From a virus, in the IMG/VR virus record IMGVR_UViG_3300021426_000003, positions 103,151 through 149,019 of that record: 45,869 bases of DNA; one strand, written 5' to 3'. Positions within the stretch are counted from its first letter, which is position 1, and every line of letters begins with the position of its first letter. A program made the position numbers and the translations under genes. Below, one piece after another: positions 27,681-39,278 of the stretch. Under the pieces are notes generated by a model. That model saw only the letters and a program-made list of their open reading frames with translations. It was not told the DNA's origin and ran no database searches.

Positions 27681-28643
27681 AAAACTGTGGTCACGATAAA
27701 TTCGGTGAACGTATGCAAAAACGGTGTATAGTAAAATACTATGCTAACGGTATCAGTTATATATATAAATACGCTGACTAAGAGAACCTATGGTCTCAAA
27801 AGAGATAGCAGGTAATACCGTGCCAAGCCTTTATAAAGGAAGGTGTAACGACTATTATGTACATCTGAGATTAGCACAGATGGAAGCGCCGAATAGAGTT
27901 GGTTGCTTAGAAAGTGGATATATATGGATATAAAATATAATAGAGAAAATTTGGAATGGAGACCTGTTGTGGGTCTAGAAGGAAAATATGAGGTATCAAA
28001 TTACGGAGATATTCATAGATTAGAAAGAAAAGCTCCATCAGGAAATGGTGGATATCGTATATTAACAGACCATGTTTTTTGGGCTGAAGAACAAAAAGAA
28101 TATGGCGGTTGTGACCCTAATAATAGATATTTAGGAATTCATATATCTAAAAAATTAGGTAAAATGTATATTCATCGTATTGCAGCCAAAGCTTTTTGTC
28201 CGAATCCTGATAATAAGCCAGAAGTAAATCATATTGATGGTAATCACAAAAATAATTATTGTGGTTGTAAGAAAAATAATTATAAAGATAGTAATTTGGA
28301 ATGGGTATACCATTCTGAAAATATGAAACATGCTTCTGAAAATAATTTAATAAATAGAGATAGTGAGTTAAGGAAATTAAGGAGCAAAGAAAATCACTAT
28401 ATAAAACGTCCAGTAATTCAATTAGATTTAGAAGGAAATATAATAAATAAATATGAAAATGCAACTGAAGCTCGTAAACAATTAGGGTATATTTCTAATA
28501 ATTGTATTAACAGAGTATGTCGTGGAGAACGAAAAAGTTATAAAGGTTTTAGATGGCAATATGTGGATGAATAAAAAAGAGCAACCAACTCTAAAGAGAT
28601 AGTCTAGTCCCCTAACAAATATCGGGAAACCGAGGGTACATCA
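27681..28643 (+). mobile_element. group I intron with homing endonuclease in P8
   Basis: P1 CGTGGCT/GGTCACG with U.G; P7 GACTA/TAGTC; TAGAGTTGGTTGCT/AGCAACCAACTCTA brackets the ORF; splicing restores RGYGFNKAH. Confidence 0.85.
27924..28574 (+). CDS. intron-encoded NUMOD4-HNH homing endonuclease
   Basis: EWRPVVGLEGKYEVSNYG; HRIAA.AF.PNP....EVNHIDGN..NN....NLEW; NUMOD1-like C-terminus. Confidence 0.85.
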   Translation: MDIKYNRENLEWRPVVGLEGKYEVSNYGDIHRLERKAPSGNGGYRILTDHVFWAEEQKEYGGCDPNNRYLGIHISKKLGKMYIHRIAAKAFCPNPDNKPEVNHIDGNHKNNYCGCKKNNYKDSNLEWVYHSENMKHASENNLINRDSELRKLRSKENHYIKRPVIQLDLEGNIINKYENATEARKQLGYISNNCINRVCRGERKSYKGFRWQYVDE

Positions 28644-30070
28644 ATGGATTTAACAAGGCGCATACTCTCGCTTATAGTTGTATAGGTGTACAAGAAGCAT
28701 ATTTAAATTATAAATATAATCCAATTTATTGGCAAACTGCTAATCTAATTGTCAATTCTGGTTCATATGATGAAGATTCAAATGAATCTACTAATTATGA
28801 TAAGATTGGAGTTGCTATTGCGACAATTCAAATGGACGGAGTTAAAGTAGAACATCCATTAATTAATAAAGCCCAATTTGAATTCACACCAGACATTAAA
28901 AATAATCAAATTATGTTTGGTTTAAAAGGTATTAATGGTGTTAATACAGACATCGCTCAATCAATTATTCAAAATCGTCCTTTTAAATCTATGGAAGATT
29001 TTGCTTCAAGAATGATTGATACAAAGATTATTAAAAACTCACAAATGATTAAGCTGATAAAAGGTGGATGCTTTACTGAGATTGATTCTGAAGATAAAAC
29101 AGAAACCATGAAGTGGTATTTGTCTAAGTATTGCATTAATCCTGTTACCAGTTTGACGCTATCTCAATTTAATAGAATGGTTGAATATAATATTATTCCA
29201 AATGAATTTGATTTGGCTGTTAAAATGATTAATTTTAAAAAATATGTTCTTGATGATGAAGGGTTATACGAAAAATGGATTGACCCGACTAAACCTAAAA
29301 TCCCTAAAAGGGGTTATCATGATGGACATTATATTTTAGATGAGCCTTCCCAAGAATTTTTTAAAAAACATTTCACTGAAGATAGTATTGTAGATGTAGT
29401 TGGTGGATTTTATGTACTGTCTGAAAAGAAATTTACTAAAGAAATTGATAAGAAGATTGAATCTTTCAGAATCTGGCTTGATGTGGGCGATGCTATTGAT
29501 ATATATAATAAAGCTATGTTTGATGAAGTTTGGAATAAATATGCAAATGGTACAACCGATGCTTGGTCTATGGAAGCCTTAACATATTATGATAAAGACC
29601 ATGAGTTAAAGAATACTCCTGAAGGAGTATATGGTATTGTTAATTTCTTTGAACTTCCAGAAGAACCAGTTGCATATGAATTTTATACAAGATATGTAGA
29701 TGGTAAACCGAAAGCAGTACCTAAATATACTATTTCTCGTATTGCAGGAACGGTTGTTCAAGCTGATAATAATCATCATTCTGTTGCATTATTAACCACA
29801 CATGGACTTGTAAATATTAAATTTAGTAAAGGGCATTATGCTTTTTATAACAAGACAATTTCAGAAATTGGTGAAGATGGTAAGAAGAAGACAATTGAAA
29901 GTAGCTGGTTAAAACGTGGTAATAAATTATTAGTAAGTGGATATAGAAGAGGAGAACAGTTTATTCCTTGGATATATAATGATACGATTTACAGACATAG
30001 AATTAATTTAATTGAACATATTAATGAAGACGGAACATTAGAATTAAAAGCTGAAAGAGCAAAGGTATAA
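28644..30070 (+). CDS. dnaE: DNA polymerase III alpha, exon 2
   Basis: GFNKAHTLAYS...YNPIYW; FGLKGINGV; in frame with ORF 28832; spliced product about 1307 aa. Confidence 0.85.
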
Positions 30071-30071
30071 A

Positions 30072-32321
30072 ATGAGTGTAAAAGTTAAAGCTGAAATAGA
30101 AGGAATTAGATTTTTTAAAGACCAATGGGGCATCATTGTATGCTCCATTGATAAAGTATTAAAAGGTGATTTTATAGGTGATTTAAATGGTATGGTTTTT
30201 AAAGGTAATATGCCTGAGCCAGTGCTTGGTGCTACCTATATTATTATAGCTGATTATGTGGAAGACCCTAAATGGGGTAGGCAATATAATATTAAATCAA
30301 TTTATAGCGATGTATCATTTGATAAAAATGATAAAAGTGGTAGACAAAAATTTCTGCTTAATCTTTTTACTCCTAGTCAAGTACAAGCTATGTATGAGGT
30401 ATATGATGACCCATTTTCTATATTAGATGCAGAAGATGTAGAAAAGCTTGTGCAAATTAAAGGCTGTGGTATTAAAACAGCAGATTTGTGGATTCGTAAA
30501 TTTAAAAAGAACATTAATATTGCAAGAATTTTTGTTGAGCTTGAAGATTATGGTTTAACTAATAATATGATTAAACGTTTGATGGACAGATATAATTCAC
30601 CAGATTTAATTATAGAAAAAGTTAAAACAAATCCATATGTTCTTGTTAATGAAGTTGATGGTATTGGTTGGAAAAGGGCAGATGAAATTGCACTTGCTGG
30701 TAATATTAAACCTGATAGTCCAATGAGAATTGGTGCTTATATAATTTATTATCTTGATATGTGTGGTGAAAATGGTAATTCATGGATTACACCTGACGAA
30801 TTATTAGGTGCTATCCTTGATAATCTTGGAGAAGAAATTCCCGATGAAAATATTACTATGGCTATTAGAGAACTTGGTAATAAATTATGGTGGAATGAGA
30901 ATAAAGATAAAATTGGTTTATCTAAATATTATAAAATTGAACACAGAGTTGCTGAAGAGTTGATTAGAATCAGAAATGCTGAATCCGATATTCATTGTGA
31001 TAATTGGAAAGAACGTATTGAACATCTTGAAAGAAATCAAGGTTGGGATTTTACCGAAGAACAGATGAATGGTATTGAAACTGTTTTAAATAATAATGTT
31101 ACCGTTATTCATGGTTTGGCAGGAACTGGAAAAACTTCAGTAGTTTCAGGCGTTCTTGAGGCTCTTAATAATTATTCAAGTGTAATGTGTGCATTGTCTG
31201 GAAGAGCCGCTTCAAGAATGAGTGAGATTACTGGTAAAACAGGATATACAATCCATAGATTACTTGGTTATCCTAAAGGTGATTCTGAATATCAATTTTT
31301 TGAATTTAATCAAGATAATAAATTACCTTATAATATATATATTCTTGATGAAATTTCAATGGTTGATTCTAGAATATTTTATTATTTATTGAGAGCAATT
31401 CCCGATGGTGCTAAATTAATTTGCCTTGGGGATTCGGGACAGCTTGAAGCAATAGGATGTGGCAATGTAGCTTATGATATGATTCATTCTCCAGAAATCC
31501 CTACGATTGAATTAACTAAGATTCACAGACAAGCTGCTAAATCAGCTATTATTACACAGAGTATTGCAGTTAGAAACAGTAAACAAATTGTAGGAAAAGA
31601 TTGGGTTGGCAATGAAACAAGAGGAGAACTCAAGGATTTGGAGATTCATTGTTATTCTGATAGTAGTAATACATTTTATGAAGTAATGGAAATTTTTTCT
31701 AAACTGATGGCTCAAAAAGATTTTGATATTATGGACTGCCAGATTATTGTTCCTATTAAAACTAAAGGGGATGCTTGTACTTATAAAATAAATAATACAA
31801 TTCAAGAATTATATAATCCTGCTTCAAAGAATAAAAAAGAAATAACAAGATTATCAAACAATAATCCTTTTATTCTTAGAGAAGGTGATAAAGTTATTAA
31901 TACAATTAATAATTATAGATTAAGAACTCCTATTTATAATGGTAATATAGGAACAATTAAATCAATCAGCTATAATGAAGAATTAGATTCAAGAATTATT
32001 ACAATTGATTTTATAGGAATTGGGAATGTTGATGTTCCCGAAGACGCATGGAATGGGATTGAATTAGGATATGCTATTACTGTTCATAAATACCAAGGCA
32101 GTCAAAGTAAATATGTGATTTTTGGCTTGGATTTTTCGTCATATGCTCTTCTCACTAGAGAATTAGTTTATACAGGAATTACCAGAGCGCAGAAAAAATG
32201 TTATTTAATTTGTCAAACAGGAGCATTGAGATATGCAACCGCACAACAAGCTGTTTCTACAAAACAAACTCACCTTCAGGATTGTCTATATGAAGTGGCG
32301 CATCCTAAGTTGATTTTTTAA
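30072..32321 (+). CDS. recD2: RecD2-like SF1 helicase
   Basis: HhH; GLAGTGKT; DEISM; LGD..QL; IHRQ; YAITVHKYQGS; YTGITRA. Confidence 0.9.
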   Translation: MSVKVKAEIEGIRFFKDQWGIIVCSIDKVLKGDFIGDLNGMVFKGNMPEPVLGATYIIIADYVEDPKWGRQYNIKSIYSDVSFDKNDKSGRQKFLLNLFTPSQVQAMYEVYDDPFSILDAEDVEKLVQIKGCGIKTADLWIRKFKKNINIARIFVELEDYGLTNNMIKRLMDRYNSPDLIIEKVKTNPYVLVNEVDGIGWKRADEIALAGNIKPDSPMRIGAYIIYYLDMCGENGNSWITPDELLGAILDNLGEEIPDENITMAIRELGNKLWWNENKDKIGLSKYYKIEHRVAEELIRIRNAESDIHCDNWKERIEHLERNQGWDFTEEQMNGIETVLNNNVTVIHGLAGTGKTSVVSGVLEALNNYSSVMCALSGRAASRMSEITGKTGYTIHRLLGYPKGDSEYQFFEFNQDNKLPYNIYILDEISMVDSRIFYYLLRAIPDGAKLICLGDSGQLEAIGCGNVAYDMIHSPEIPTIELTKIHRQAAKSAIITQSIAVRNSKQIVGKDWVGNETRGELKDLEIHCYSDSSNTFYEVMEIFSKLMAQKDFDIMDCQIIVPIKTKGDACTYKINNTIQELYNPASKNKKEITRLSNNNPFILREGDKVINTINNYRLRTPIYNGNIGTIKSISYNEELDSRIITIDFIGIGNVDVPEDAWNGIELGYAITVHKYQGSQSKYVIFGLDFSSYALLTRELVYTGITRAQKKCYLICQTGALRYATAQQAVSTKQTHLQDCLYEVAHPKLIF

Positions 32322-32354
32322 CAAGTATATATTATAATAAGGAGAGATAAATTT

Positions 32355-32975
32355 ATGGGATTGATTACACATTTTAATAGGTTTATTGATGATTGGAAAG
32401 CAGTAAAAAACCACTGTCGTACAACAGATAATAAAGATTTTACAGATAAAGATGCAACAGATACTTTTAAAAAGAAACTGCTTATTTCAGAACATAGTCC
32501 AATTAGATTGCTTGAATTTGATTGGTCTTGGAAAGGTATTGCATATTGGGTAAGCACAGAATGGTCACGACATAAATTCGAAAAATTTATTAGTACACAA
32601 CGAGATGATAGGTTAAAGGATGATATTCCACGAGGTAAAAAACCACAAGATGCCTCTGTTAATTATGATGGTTATGCAAACATGCAAAATCTAATTGATG
32701 CATGGAGAAAGAGATTATGTTTTCAAGCGACAAAAGAAGCTAGGTCATTAGCAGAAGATTTTAAAATTAAACTTCATGTGACACATCCATATGAATCAGA
32801 TGTACTTTGTCCTAATTGTGTTTATCGTTGCGGATGCCCTGAATTCTACCCTTGTGGATATTTTAAAATGTTTAAAAATTATTTTTTAACACATCATCCA
32901 GATTGGGATATTCATGATATTCAGACTAGATATGATGTGTATAACGAGATGTTTTATGAAGGTATTGAAAAATGA
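32355..32975 (+). CDS. thyX: flavin-dependent thymidylate synthase
   Basis: EHSP; WSRH...STQR; RLC..A..E. Confidence 0.75.
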   Translation: MGLITHFNRFIDDWKAVKNHCRTTDNKDFTDKDATDTFKKKLLISEHSPIRLLEFDWSWKGIAYWVSTEWSRHKFEKFISTQRDDRLKDDIPRGKKPQDASVNYDGYANMQNLIDAWRKRLCFQATKEARSLAEDFKIKLHVTHPYESDVLCPNCVYRCGCPEFYPCGYFKMFKNYFLTHHPDWDIHDIQTRYDVYNEMFYEGIEK

Positions 32976-33580
32976 AAATAAGAAAACCAGACCAGAATGA
33001 TATTGTGATTTTTATGTATATTGTTTTTGTAATATTAATAACTGTTTTAGGATTGTTGGCAATGATTTGGAGTATAGCTGGAGCTTTTAAAATCCTTACA
33101 TCAGACCTTCCATTTTGGATGAAATGGGCTTTGCTTACTCATGGGGGAAAATAAGATGACATCATGTAAATTTGAATTTCCTTGTAGTCCAAATGACACA
33201 GTTTATTTAGTAACTTCATATAGGGTTGTTCGATTATTGGTTATGCAATTACAGGTAGTGCGAGATATTAATAATGAGCTTTCTCCTGTGATATGTTTTT
33301 ATAATTACCCTTTTATTACATTAGAAGAAGCAAAAAAGTATCTATTTGGTACATATGAAGAAGCTCAAAAAGCATATGAGGAAGAGATTTGATATGATAT
33401 TTTACTATTGTTGCACACAAGAAAATAATAATTGTCCAAACAAAGAAACTTGCATGAGGTATCTGAACGCTGAGTCAGAACCTCATACTACATTATATAA
33501 ATATTCATGTACTGAAGAAAATAATTATCATCTTTATATGAAGAAAGAAGATGATAATATTATAAATAATATAGAGGAGA

Positions 33581-33901
33581 ATGAAAATGAAAAAAAGAAA
33601 ACAGATTAATTATGAAGACATTGTTGAAATTGGATTGTCTTTAATCAAAGAAGAAACCGATGTTTTGTACGGTGAATCTGAAAAAAATCAAGCAGAATCT
33701 GCTATGAGAATTTGTGGTATTGTTGATTTTATAACAGCTTTAGATGAAGCAACTGTTTTATCTGAGTCTGATGTTTGTGAAAATCCAGATACATCAATTG
33801 ATACATCAATTTCTAAGCAGCCTAAATTTAAAGAAGCTGTAATAGCAATGTCTGACGAAGACTGGGCTAATTATTTAAAATCTGGCTTAAAGGGGAATTA
33901 A
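33581..33901 (+). CDS. hypothetical protein
   Basis: GAGGAG RBS. Confidence 0.5.
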   Translation: MKMKKRKQINYEDIVEIGLSLIKEETDVLYGESEKNQAESAMRICGIVDFITALDEATVLSESDVCENPDTSIDTSISKQPKFKEAVIAMSDEDWANYLKSGLKGN

Positions 33902-33904
33902 TAT

Positions 33905-34474
33905 ATGGCACTAATTATAATTGCGGGGAAAAGTGGTTCTGGTAAAGATGCTGTTGTTAATGAACTTTGCAGACGAGGATATAAAAGAATTAAAACATAT
34001 ACAACTCGTCCTATGAGACAACATGAATCTCAGGGGAATCCATATTATTTTATTACAGAAAAAGAATTTAAAGAAAAAGAAGCCAATGGGTTTTTTATGG
34101 AAACTAAAGAATACAATACTGTAAAAGGTACATGGTATTATGGCTCTCCTAAAAATGAGCTGCTTAGTTCTAAAAATAATATGGAAAATCGATTAATTAT
34201 TTTGACACCTTCAGGGGTGGAGGACTTTACCAAAGAAGCTCGAAGTAAAAAAATTAATGCGAAAATCATATATCTACGAGCGAATTCTGGCACGATAAGC
34301 AAACGTCTCAAGCGTAGAGGAGATGACCCTGAAGAAGTTAAGAGACGTGTCGAGAAAGATGAAACTGATTTTGTTGCATTTGAATATTTTGCTGATAAAT
34401 GTATTTATAATAATAGCGGCACTGAATTGAAAGATGTTGCTGATATTATTGATGAATATATTCAAAGCTTGTAA
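33905..34474 (+). CDS. gmk: guanylate kinase-like protein
   Basis: GKSGSGKD; YTTRPMR..E..G..YYF; WYYG. Confidence 0.85.
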   Translation: MALIIIAGKSGSGKDAVVNELCRRGYKRIKTYTTRPMRQHESQGNPYYFITEKEFKEKEANGFFMETKEYNTVKGTWYYGSPKNELLSSKNNMENRLIILTPSGVEDFTKEARSKKINAKIIYLRANSGTISKRLKRRGDDPEEVKRRVEKDETDFVAFEYFADKCIYNNSGTELKDVADIIDEYIQSL

Positions 34475-34502
34475 ATATTAAATTAACTAGGAGGATAAAT
34501 AA

Positions 34503-34706
34503 ATGATAACTTTGTATAGTACAGGATGCCCAAAGTGTCAGGTACTTGAAAAAAAATTAATTAAAGACGGAATTGAATTTTCTGTTTCTGATGATATTAA
34601 TGAATTAATTGAAAAAGGATTTATGTCTGCTCCAATTCTTAAGGTTGATGATAAATTTCTTGAATTTAAAGACGCTATTGATTGGTTAAAAAATAAGGAG
34701 GAATAA
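34503..34706 (+). CDS. glutaredoxin/NrdH-like protein
   Basis: CPKC; SAP. Confidence 0.75.
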   Translation: MITLYSTGCPKCQVLEKKLIKDGIEFSVSDDINELIEKGFMSAPILKVDDKFLEFKDAIDWLKNKEE

Positions 34707-34707
34707 G

Positions 34708-36657
34708 ATGAAAATTGATATTAAATTAATTAAAAATTTTGTTTCTCAATATAATAAATTACAGGCAGAATTTGGAACAGATATTGCAAAATTAAATGGG
34801 TTTGATGATGGACAACTTAGTTATACAGATTTTATAGATAATTTTATAGACGAAAAAGTTGTTGCTGATTCTAGTATTGATGGCAATTCAAATGTTAGTC
34901 ATAAAGATATTGTTACACTTGAACGTGAAATGCCTAAACCTCATTCAAAGCTTTTAGCTTTTAATAAAATATACTACGAAATTTCTAAAAAATTTGGTTT
35001 TAAGATTGCTAATGACTGGTTAAGAATGGAATGGGTGGGAAAATTATATATGCATGATGCTCCTTCTAGCACATTTCGCAGTTATTGTTTTGCATATGAT
35101 TTAACAGACCTTGCTGAAAAGGGACTGTTTTTTATTGAAGGGCAAAATCCTGAACCTGCTAAACATTTAACTACTTTTGTTGATTTTGTAAAAGAGTATG
35201 TAAGCTTTGCTTGTAATAGAACTTCTGGTGCAGTAGGGCTTCCAAATATTATTCCTTATATGTATTATTTTTGGAAGAAAGATGTTGAACAAGACTATTT
35301 AGGAATTAGAACAAGTCATAATGAAAAATATTATGCTAAACAAAACTTCCAAAGATTTATTTATGCAGTAAATCAACCGTATGTCAGAGATGGAAGTCAG
35401 TCAGCTTTTACAAACACTTCTGTATTTGACCATCCTTATTTTGAAGCTTTGTTTGGTGGGGCAGAATTTCCTGATGGAACTTTTATGATTGATTATGAAG
35501 AAGAAATTATTGAATTTCAGAAATGGTATATGGAAGTAATGTCAGATATTAGAAGTTCTAATATGTTTACTTTCCCAGTGAGTACAATTTCTTTGCTTAG
35601 ACAGAATGGTAAATTTGTAGATGAAAAATTTGCAAAATGGGCTGTTAAACATAATATGAAATGGTCAGACAGTAATTTGTTCATTGATGAGACTGTTAAT
35701 TCACTTTCAAATTGTTGTAGATTAAAGAGCAATATTGAAGACCTCGGGTATTTTAACAGTATTGGCGGTACAGCTCTTAAGGTTGGTTCAGTAAAAGTTA
35801 ATACAATAAATCTTGCAAGAATTGCTCTTGACACAAATAGCGAAGAAGAATATTTGGAAGAACTTAAAAATAGAACTTATATTTGCTTATGTGCTTTGGA
35901 TGCAGTTAGACATACTATTCATAGGAATGTTGAAAAAGGTATTCTTCCTAATTTTTCTTATGGATTGATTGATTTTGAACATCTTTATAATACTATAGGC
36001 TTTATTGGTGTTTATGAATCAATGAAAAAATTTGGATATATTAGAATAGATGAATTTGGTAATACTTATTATACAAAAGAAGCGTCTGCTTTTGGAGAAA
36101 AAATATTTAAAACTATGAGAAAAGTAGCAGACGATTTTATTAAAGAATATTCTTGTGATTATCAAATTAATACAGAGCAAATTCCCGGTGAAAGCGCTGC
36201 TGCTAAATTAATGAAAAAAGATAAATTCTTTTATCCAAGAGCAAATATTTATGACCTCCCTTTATATGGCAACCAGTTTATTCCTCTTGGTATTAAGACC
36301 ACTCTTCAAGAAAGAGTTAGAATTGCTGCTGAATTTGATGGATATTGTAATGGTGGCAGTATACTTCATGCAAATATTGATGCACCGTTTGACAGTTTTG
36401 AAAAAGCGTGGAAAATGGTTAATTATATTGCAGACCAGCACTTAACATATTTCGCATTCAATACAAAAATTCAGTGTTGTGAAAATAATCATGCTTTTTA
36501 TGGAGCTATTTGTCCTGTATGTGGAAAGCCTGTAGACAGTGAGTACACAAGAATTGTTGGATTTTATACTAAAATTAAATCTTGGTCGAATGAAAGGACA
36601 CAAGAATACAAACTTAGAAAATGGGAAGCAGTAAATAATAACGAGGTAGTTTTATGA
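34708..36657 (+). CDS. nrdD: anaerobic (class III) ribonucleotide reductase
   Basis: SNCCRL; EQIPGES; C-terminal Zn-site cysteines; RIVGF glycyl-radical loop. Confidence 0.9.
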   Translation: MKIDIKLIKNFVSQYNKLQAEFGTDIAKLNGFDDGQLSYTDFIDNFIDEKVVADSSIDGNSNVSHKDIVTLEREMPKPHSKLLAFNKIYYEISKKFGFKIANDWLRMEWVGKLYMHDAPSSTFRSYCFAYDLTDLAEKGLFFIEGQNPEPAKHLTTFVDFVKEYVSFACNRTSGAVGLPNIIPYMYYFWKKDVEQDYLGIRTSHNEKYYAKQNFQRFIYAVNQPYVRDGSQSAFTNTSVFDHPYFEALFGGAEFPDGTFMIDYEEEIIEFQKWYMEVMSDIRSSNMFTFPVSTISLLRQNGKFVDEKFAKWAVKHNMKWSDSNLFIDETVNSLSNCCRLKSNIEDLGYFNSIGGTALKVGSVKVNTINLARIALDTNSEEEYLEELKNRTYICLCALDAVRHTIHRNVEKGILPNFSYGLIDFEHLYNTIGFIGVYESMKKFGYIRIDEFGNTYYTKEASAFGEKIFKTMRKVADDFIKEYSCDYQINTEQIPGESAAAKLMKKDKFFYPRANIYDLPLYGNQFIPLGIKTTLQERVRIAAEFDGYCNGGSILHANIDAPFDSFEKAWKMVNYIADQHLTYFAFNTKIQCCENNHAFYGAICPVCGKPVDSEYTRIVGFYTKIKSWSNERTQEYKLRKWEAVNNNEVVL

Positions 36658-37160
36658 TTGTAAAAGGGATTATTGATGAAGATTTTATTAATTATAAAAA
36701 ACCTTCTATGGTAATTGAATTTCCTTATTGTTCATTTAAATGTGATAAAGATTGCGGGAGGGCTGTCTGTCAAAACAGTCCTCTTGTTGATGAACCAAAT
36801 ATTGAAATTGAGCACCATAAAATAATATATAGATTTTTTAAAAATGATATTTCTGAAGCAATCGTTTTTCAAGGATTAGAACCTCTTGATAGTTTTACAG
36901 ACGTACTTAAATTATTAGCCATACTTCGTCTTCCAGCTTTTGCTGTTTTTCAAATAGATGTTGTAATTTATACTGGATACACAAAAGAAGAATTACAAAA
37001 TAAGATTTATAAAGATAATATCTCTTATTTAGATAAATTAAAAAAATACAATAATATAATTATTAAATATGGTCGTTATATCCCAGACCAAGAACCACAT
37101 TATGACGAAGTATTAGGTGTAAATCTTGCTTCAGACAATCAATATGCAGAAAGGTTATAA
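36654..37160 (+). CDS. nrdG: NrdG activase (radical SAM)
   Basis: CSFKC...CQN; GLEP; IYTGY; LASDNQ; follows nrdD. Confidence 0.8.
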   Translation: MIVKGIIDEDFINYKKPSMVIEFPYCSFKCDKDCGRAVCQNSPLVDEPNIEIEHHKIIYRFFKNDISEAIVFQGLEPLDSFTDVLKLLAILRLPAFAVFQIDVVIYTGYTKEELQNKIYKDNISYLDKLKKYNNIIIKYGRYIPDQEPHYDEVLGVNLASDNQYAERL

Positions 37161-37164
37161 CAAT

Positions 37165-37350
37165 ATGAAAATTAAAGTAACAGAAGATATAGAACTTGCT
37201 AATCAAATTAGGGCAGCGCTCAGAAAAAATTCTGGGTACTGCCCATGCAAATTAATAAAAAATGAAGACACAAAATGTATGTGTAAAGAGTTCAGAGAAC
37301 AACCTGTTGGTGAATGTCACTGTGGATTATATATAAAAATAGAAGAATGA
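37165..37350 (+). CDS. ferredoxin-thioredoxin reductase catalytic-like small protein
   Basis: GYCPC...CMC...CHCGLY. Confidence 0.7.
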   Translation: MKIKVTEDIELANQIRAALRKNSGYCPCKLIKNEDTKCMCKEFREQPVGECHCGLYIKIEE

Positions 37351-37355
37351 AAAAT

Positions 37356-37715
37356 ATGAATAATAGATATTACTTTCCTTATCTTCCTTATACAACTCTA
37401 TATTATCTTCATGGTTTAGGATTTCATTATTCAGTAGATAGTGAAAATTATATATTAACTTTTCCTATTATAAGATATAAAGGAAGACCTACATTACTAT
37501 GTAGACTAGTATATAATATACTTGACAATGAATTACATTATGATATAATCAATTCAAACAATGAACTTCTAGCATTATATTATGACCGTGAATTTGGTAA
37601 TGCTGAAGATTATATTAAAAAAATAGATTCCATTGTTAATAAAAGAATCAAGACAATGGGATTCAAAAAGAAAAAGAAACAAGTAAATAATAAACAAAAG
37701 GAGAAAAAGGATTAA
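37356..37715 (+). CDS. hypothetical protein
   Basis: ORF between neighbours; start codon uncertain. Confidence 0.45.
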   Translation: MNNRYYFPYLPYTTLYYLHGLGFHYSVDSENYILTFPIIRYKGRPTLLCRLVYNILDNELHYDIINSNNELLALYYDREFGNAEDYIKKIDSIVNKRIKTMGFKKKKKQVNNKQKEKKD

Positions 37716-38326
37716 TGAACGGAACAAATATTTTTAATGGAATGTTTGGTAAGATTGAAGCAGGTTTGGTAAGACTAGATGTGCATGGTAATGTAGCTGT
37801 TAAGACTACAAATGGTTATAAGTCTTATTCTACTAAATCTAAAAGATTGATTAATTGTGATAGTTTTGTATTTGACATTGGTGAGGAATTTTTCTTTGTA
37901 ATTCCAACAAATAAAGTTGAAGTAAATGATATTATCCTTGCTGCTGGTAAGAATGGTAAGAGAGTACCGAAGTGTGTAATTGAAGTAAACGATACCTATA
38001 TTACAGTTATTAATTATGAAGATTCTGTAGTTGAAAATATTCTTCCTGAGCGTCATGTATTTATGGGGTCTACTTATTTCTACGGTAAGATTGTCTCTAT
38101 GTTTAATTTTAATAAGGGTAAAAAGAACGGTGGATTTGAAAATATCCTTAAGTTTAAGATGATGTCTGAGATGATGGGAAATGGTTCTGGTAACGGTCAG
38201 AACAATATGATGGGCAATATGATGATGTTGTCTATGATGAACAATGGTGGACTTGATAATATGTTTAATTTTGATAATATGTTTTCTTTGGGCGAAACAG
38301 AAGAAAGTGAAGAGGAGAATAAATAA
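37715..38326 (+). CDS. hypothetical protein with Met/Asn/Gly-rich tail
   Basis: Translationally coupled to the vWA gene. Confidence 0.6.
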   Translation: MNGTNIFNGMFGKIEAGLVRLDVHGNVAVKTTNGYKSYSTKSKRLINCDSFVFDIGEEFFFVIPTNKVEVNDIILAAGKNGKRVPKCVIEVNDTYITVINYEDSVVENILPERHVFMGSTYFYGKIVSMFNFNKGKKNGGFENILKFKMMSEMMGNGSGNGQNNMMGNMMMLSMMNNGGLDNMFNFDNMFSLGETEESEEENK

Positions 38327-39201
38327 TGGGAAGTGGAAGTTTTACAACAAGCAGTTTTAGAAGTTATTCAACGAGCAGAGGAAGAACTGTTGATTCTAAA
38401 GGCACAGTAACATCTGATAGTTTGCAAGATTTTTATCAGCAGACACATATTCACGAAGATTTAAAACCTTATAAAGTAGTTCGTGAGTGTTGTGATTCTG
38501 ATGAGCATCCTAACACAATTCCAGTAATTATTGGACTTGATGTGACTGGTTCAATGGGGAGAGCTTGTGTTAAAACAGCCCAGAATCTTAATACAATTAT
38601 CACATCTCTTTATGATAAATTTGATGATATTGAGTTTATGATTATGGGCATTGGTGACTTATCTTATGACACTGCTCCTATTCAAGCTTCTCAGTTTGAA
38701 TCTGATGTGAGAATTGCAGAACATCTTGATAAGGTCTATATGGAACACGGTGGTGGTGGTAATGGTTTTGAATCTTACACTGCTGCTTGGTATTTTGGAT
38801 TGTATCATACAAAACTTGATTGTTGGAGGCGTGGTAAAAAAGGTATTATTATCACAATGGGTGACGAACCTCTTAATCCCTACCTTCCTAAATATCCTCT
38901 TTCGAGAGTAACTGGAGATAATCTGGAAGCTGATGTAGAAACAAAAGATTTGTATGAACTTACAAAAGAAAAGTTTAATATTTATCATATTGCAATTGAC
39001 GATTTTGATGACTGCTATCAGGTTTATAAATCAAGAGTAGATGCTAGTTTTAGAAATTTACTTAAAGAAGATTATAAAATTTCTACTCTTGATGAACTTC
39101 CAAACACTATTGTAAAATGTATTGAAAATTCTGTTAATGGTTATTCTACAGAAAATTCTGTTGAGGCTACAGATAATAATTCCAATTTAATTAGTTGGTA
39201 A
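38326..39201 (+). CDS. vWA-domain protein
   Basis: MIDAS LDVTGSM; GGGGN..ESY; TMGDE. Confidence 0.75.
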   Translation: MGSGSFTTSSFRSYSTSRGRTVDSKGTVTSDSLQDFYQQTHIHEDLKPYKVVRECCDSDEHPNTIPVIIGLDVTGSMGRACVKTAQNLNTIITSLYDKFDDIEFMIMGIGDLSYDTAPIQASQFESDVRIAEHLDKVYMEHGGGGNGFESYTAAWYFGLYHTKLDCWRRGKKGIIITMGDEPLNPYLPKYPLSRVTGDNLEADVETKDLYELTKEKFNIYHIAIDDFDDCYQVYKSRVDASFRNLLKEDYKISTLDELPNTIVKCIENSVNGYSTENSVEATDNNSNLISW

Positions 39202-39278
39202 ATAAAATATATAAGGGGTGTTATATTAACACCCCACTTAATAAAATATTGGAGATAAAAAATGAAAGGGGTGATGAA

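Noticed and set aside
27683-28831. dnaE as two separate genes or a split intein
   Set aside because: Group I core elements are present and splicing restores a continuous YGFNKAH motif; no intein termini seen
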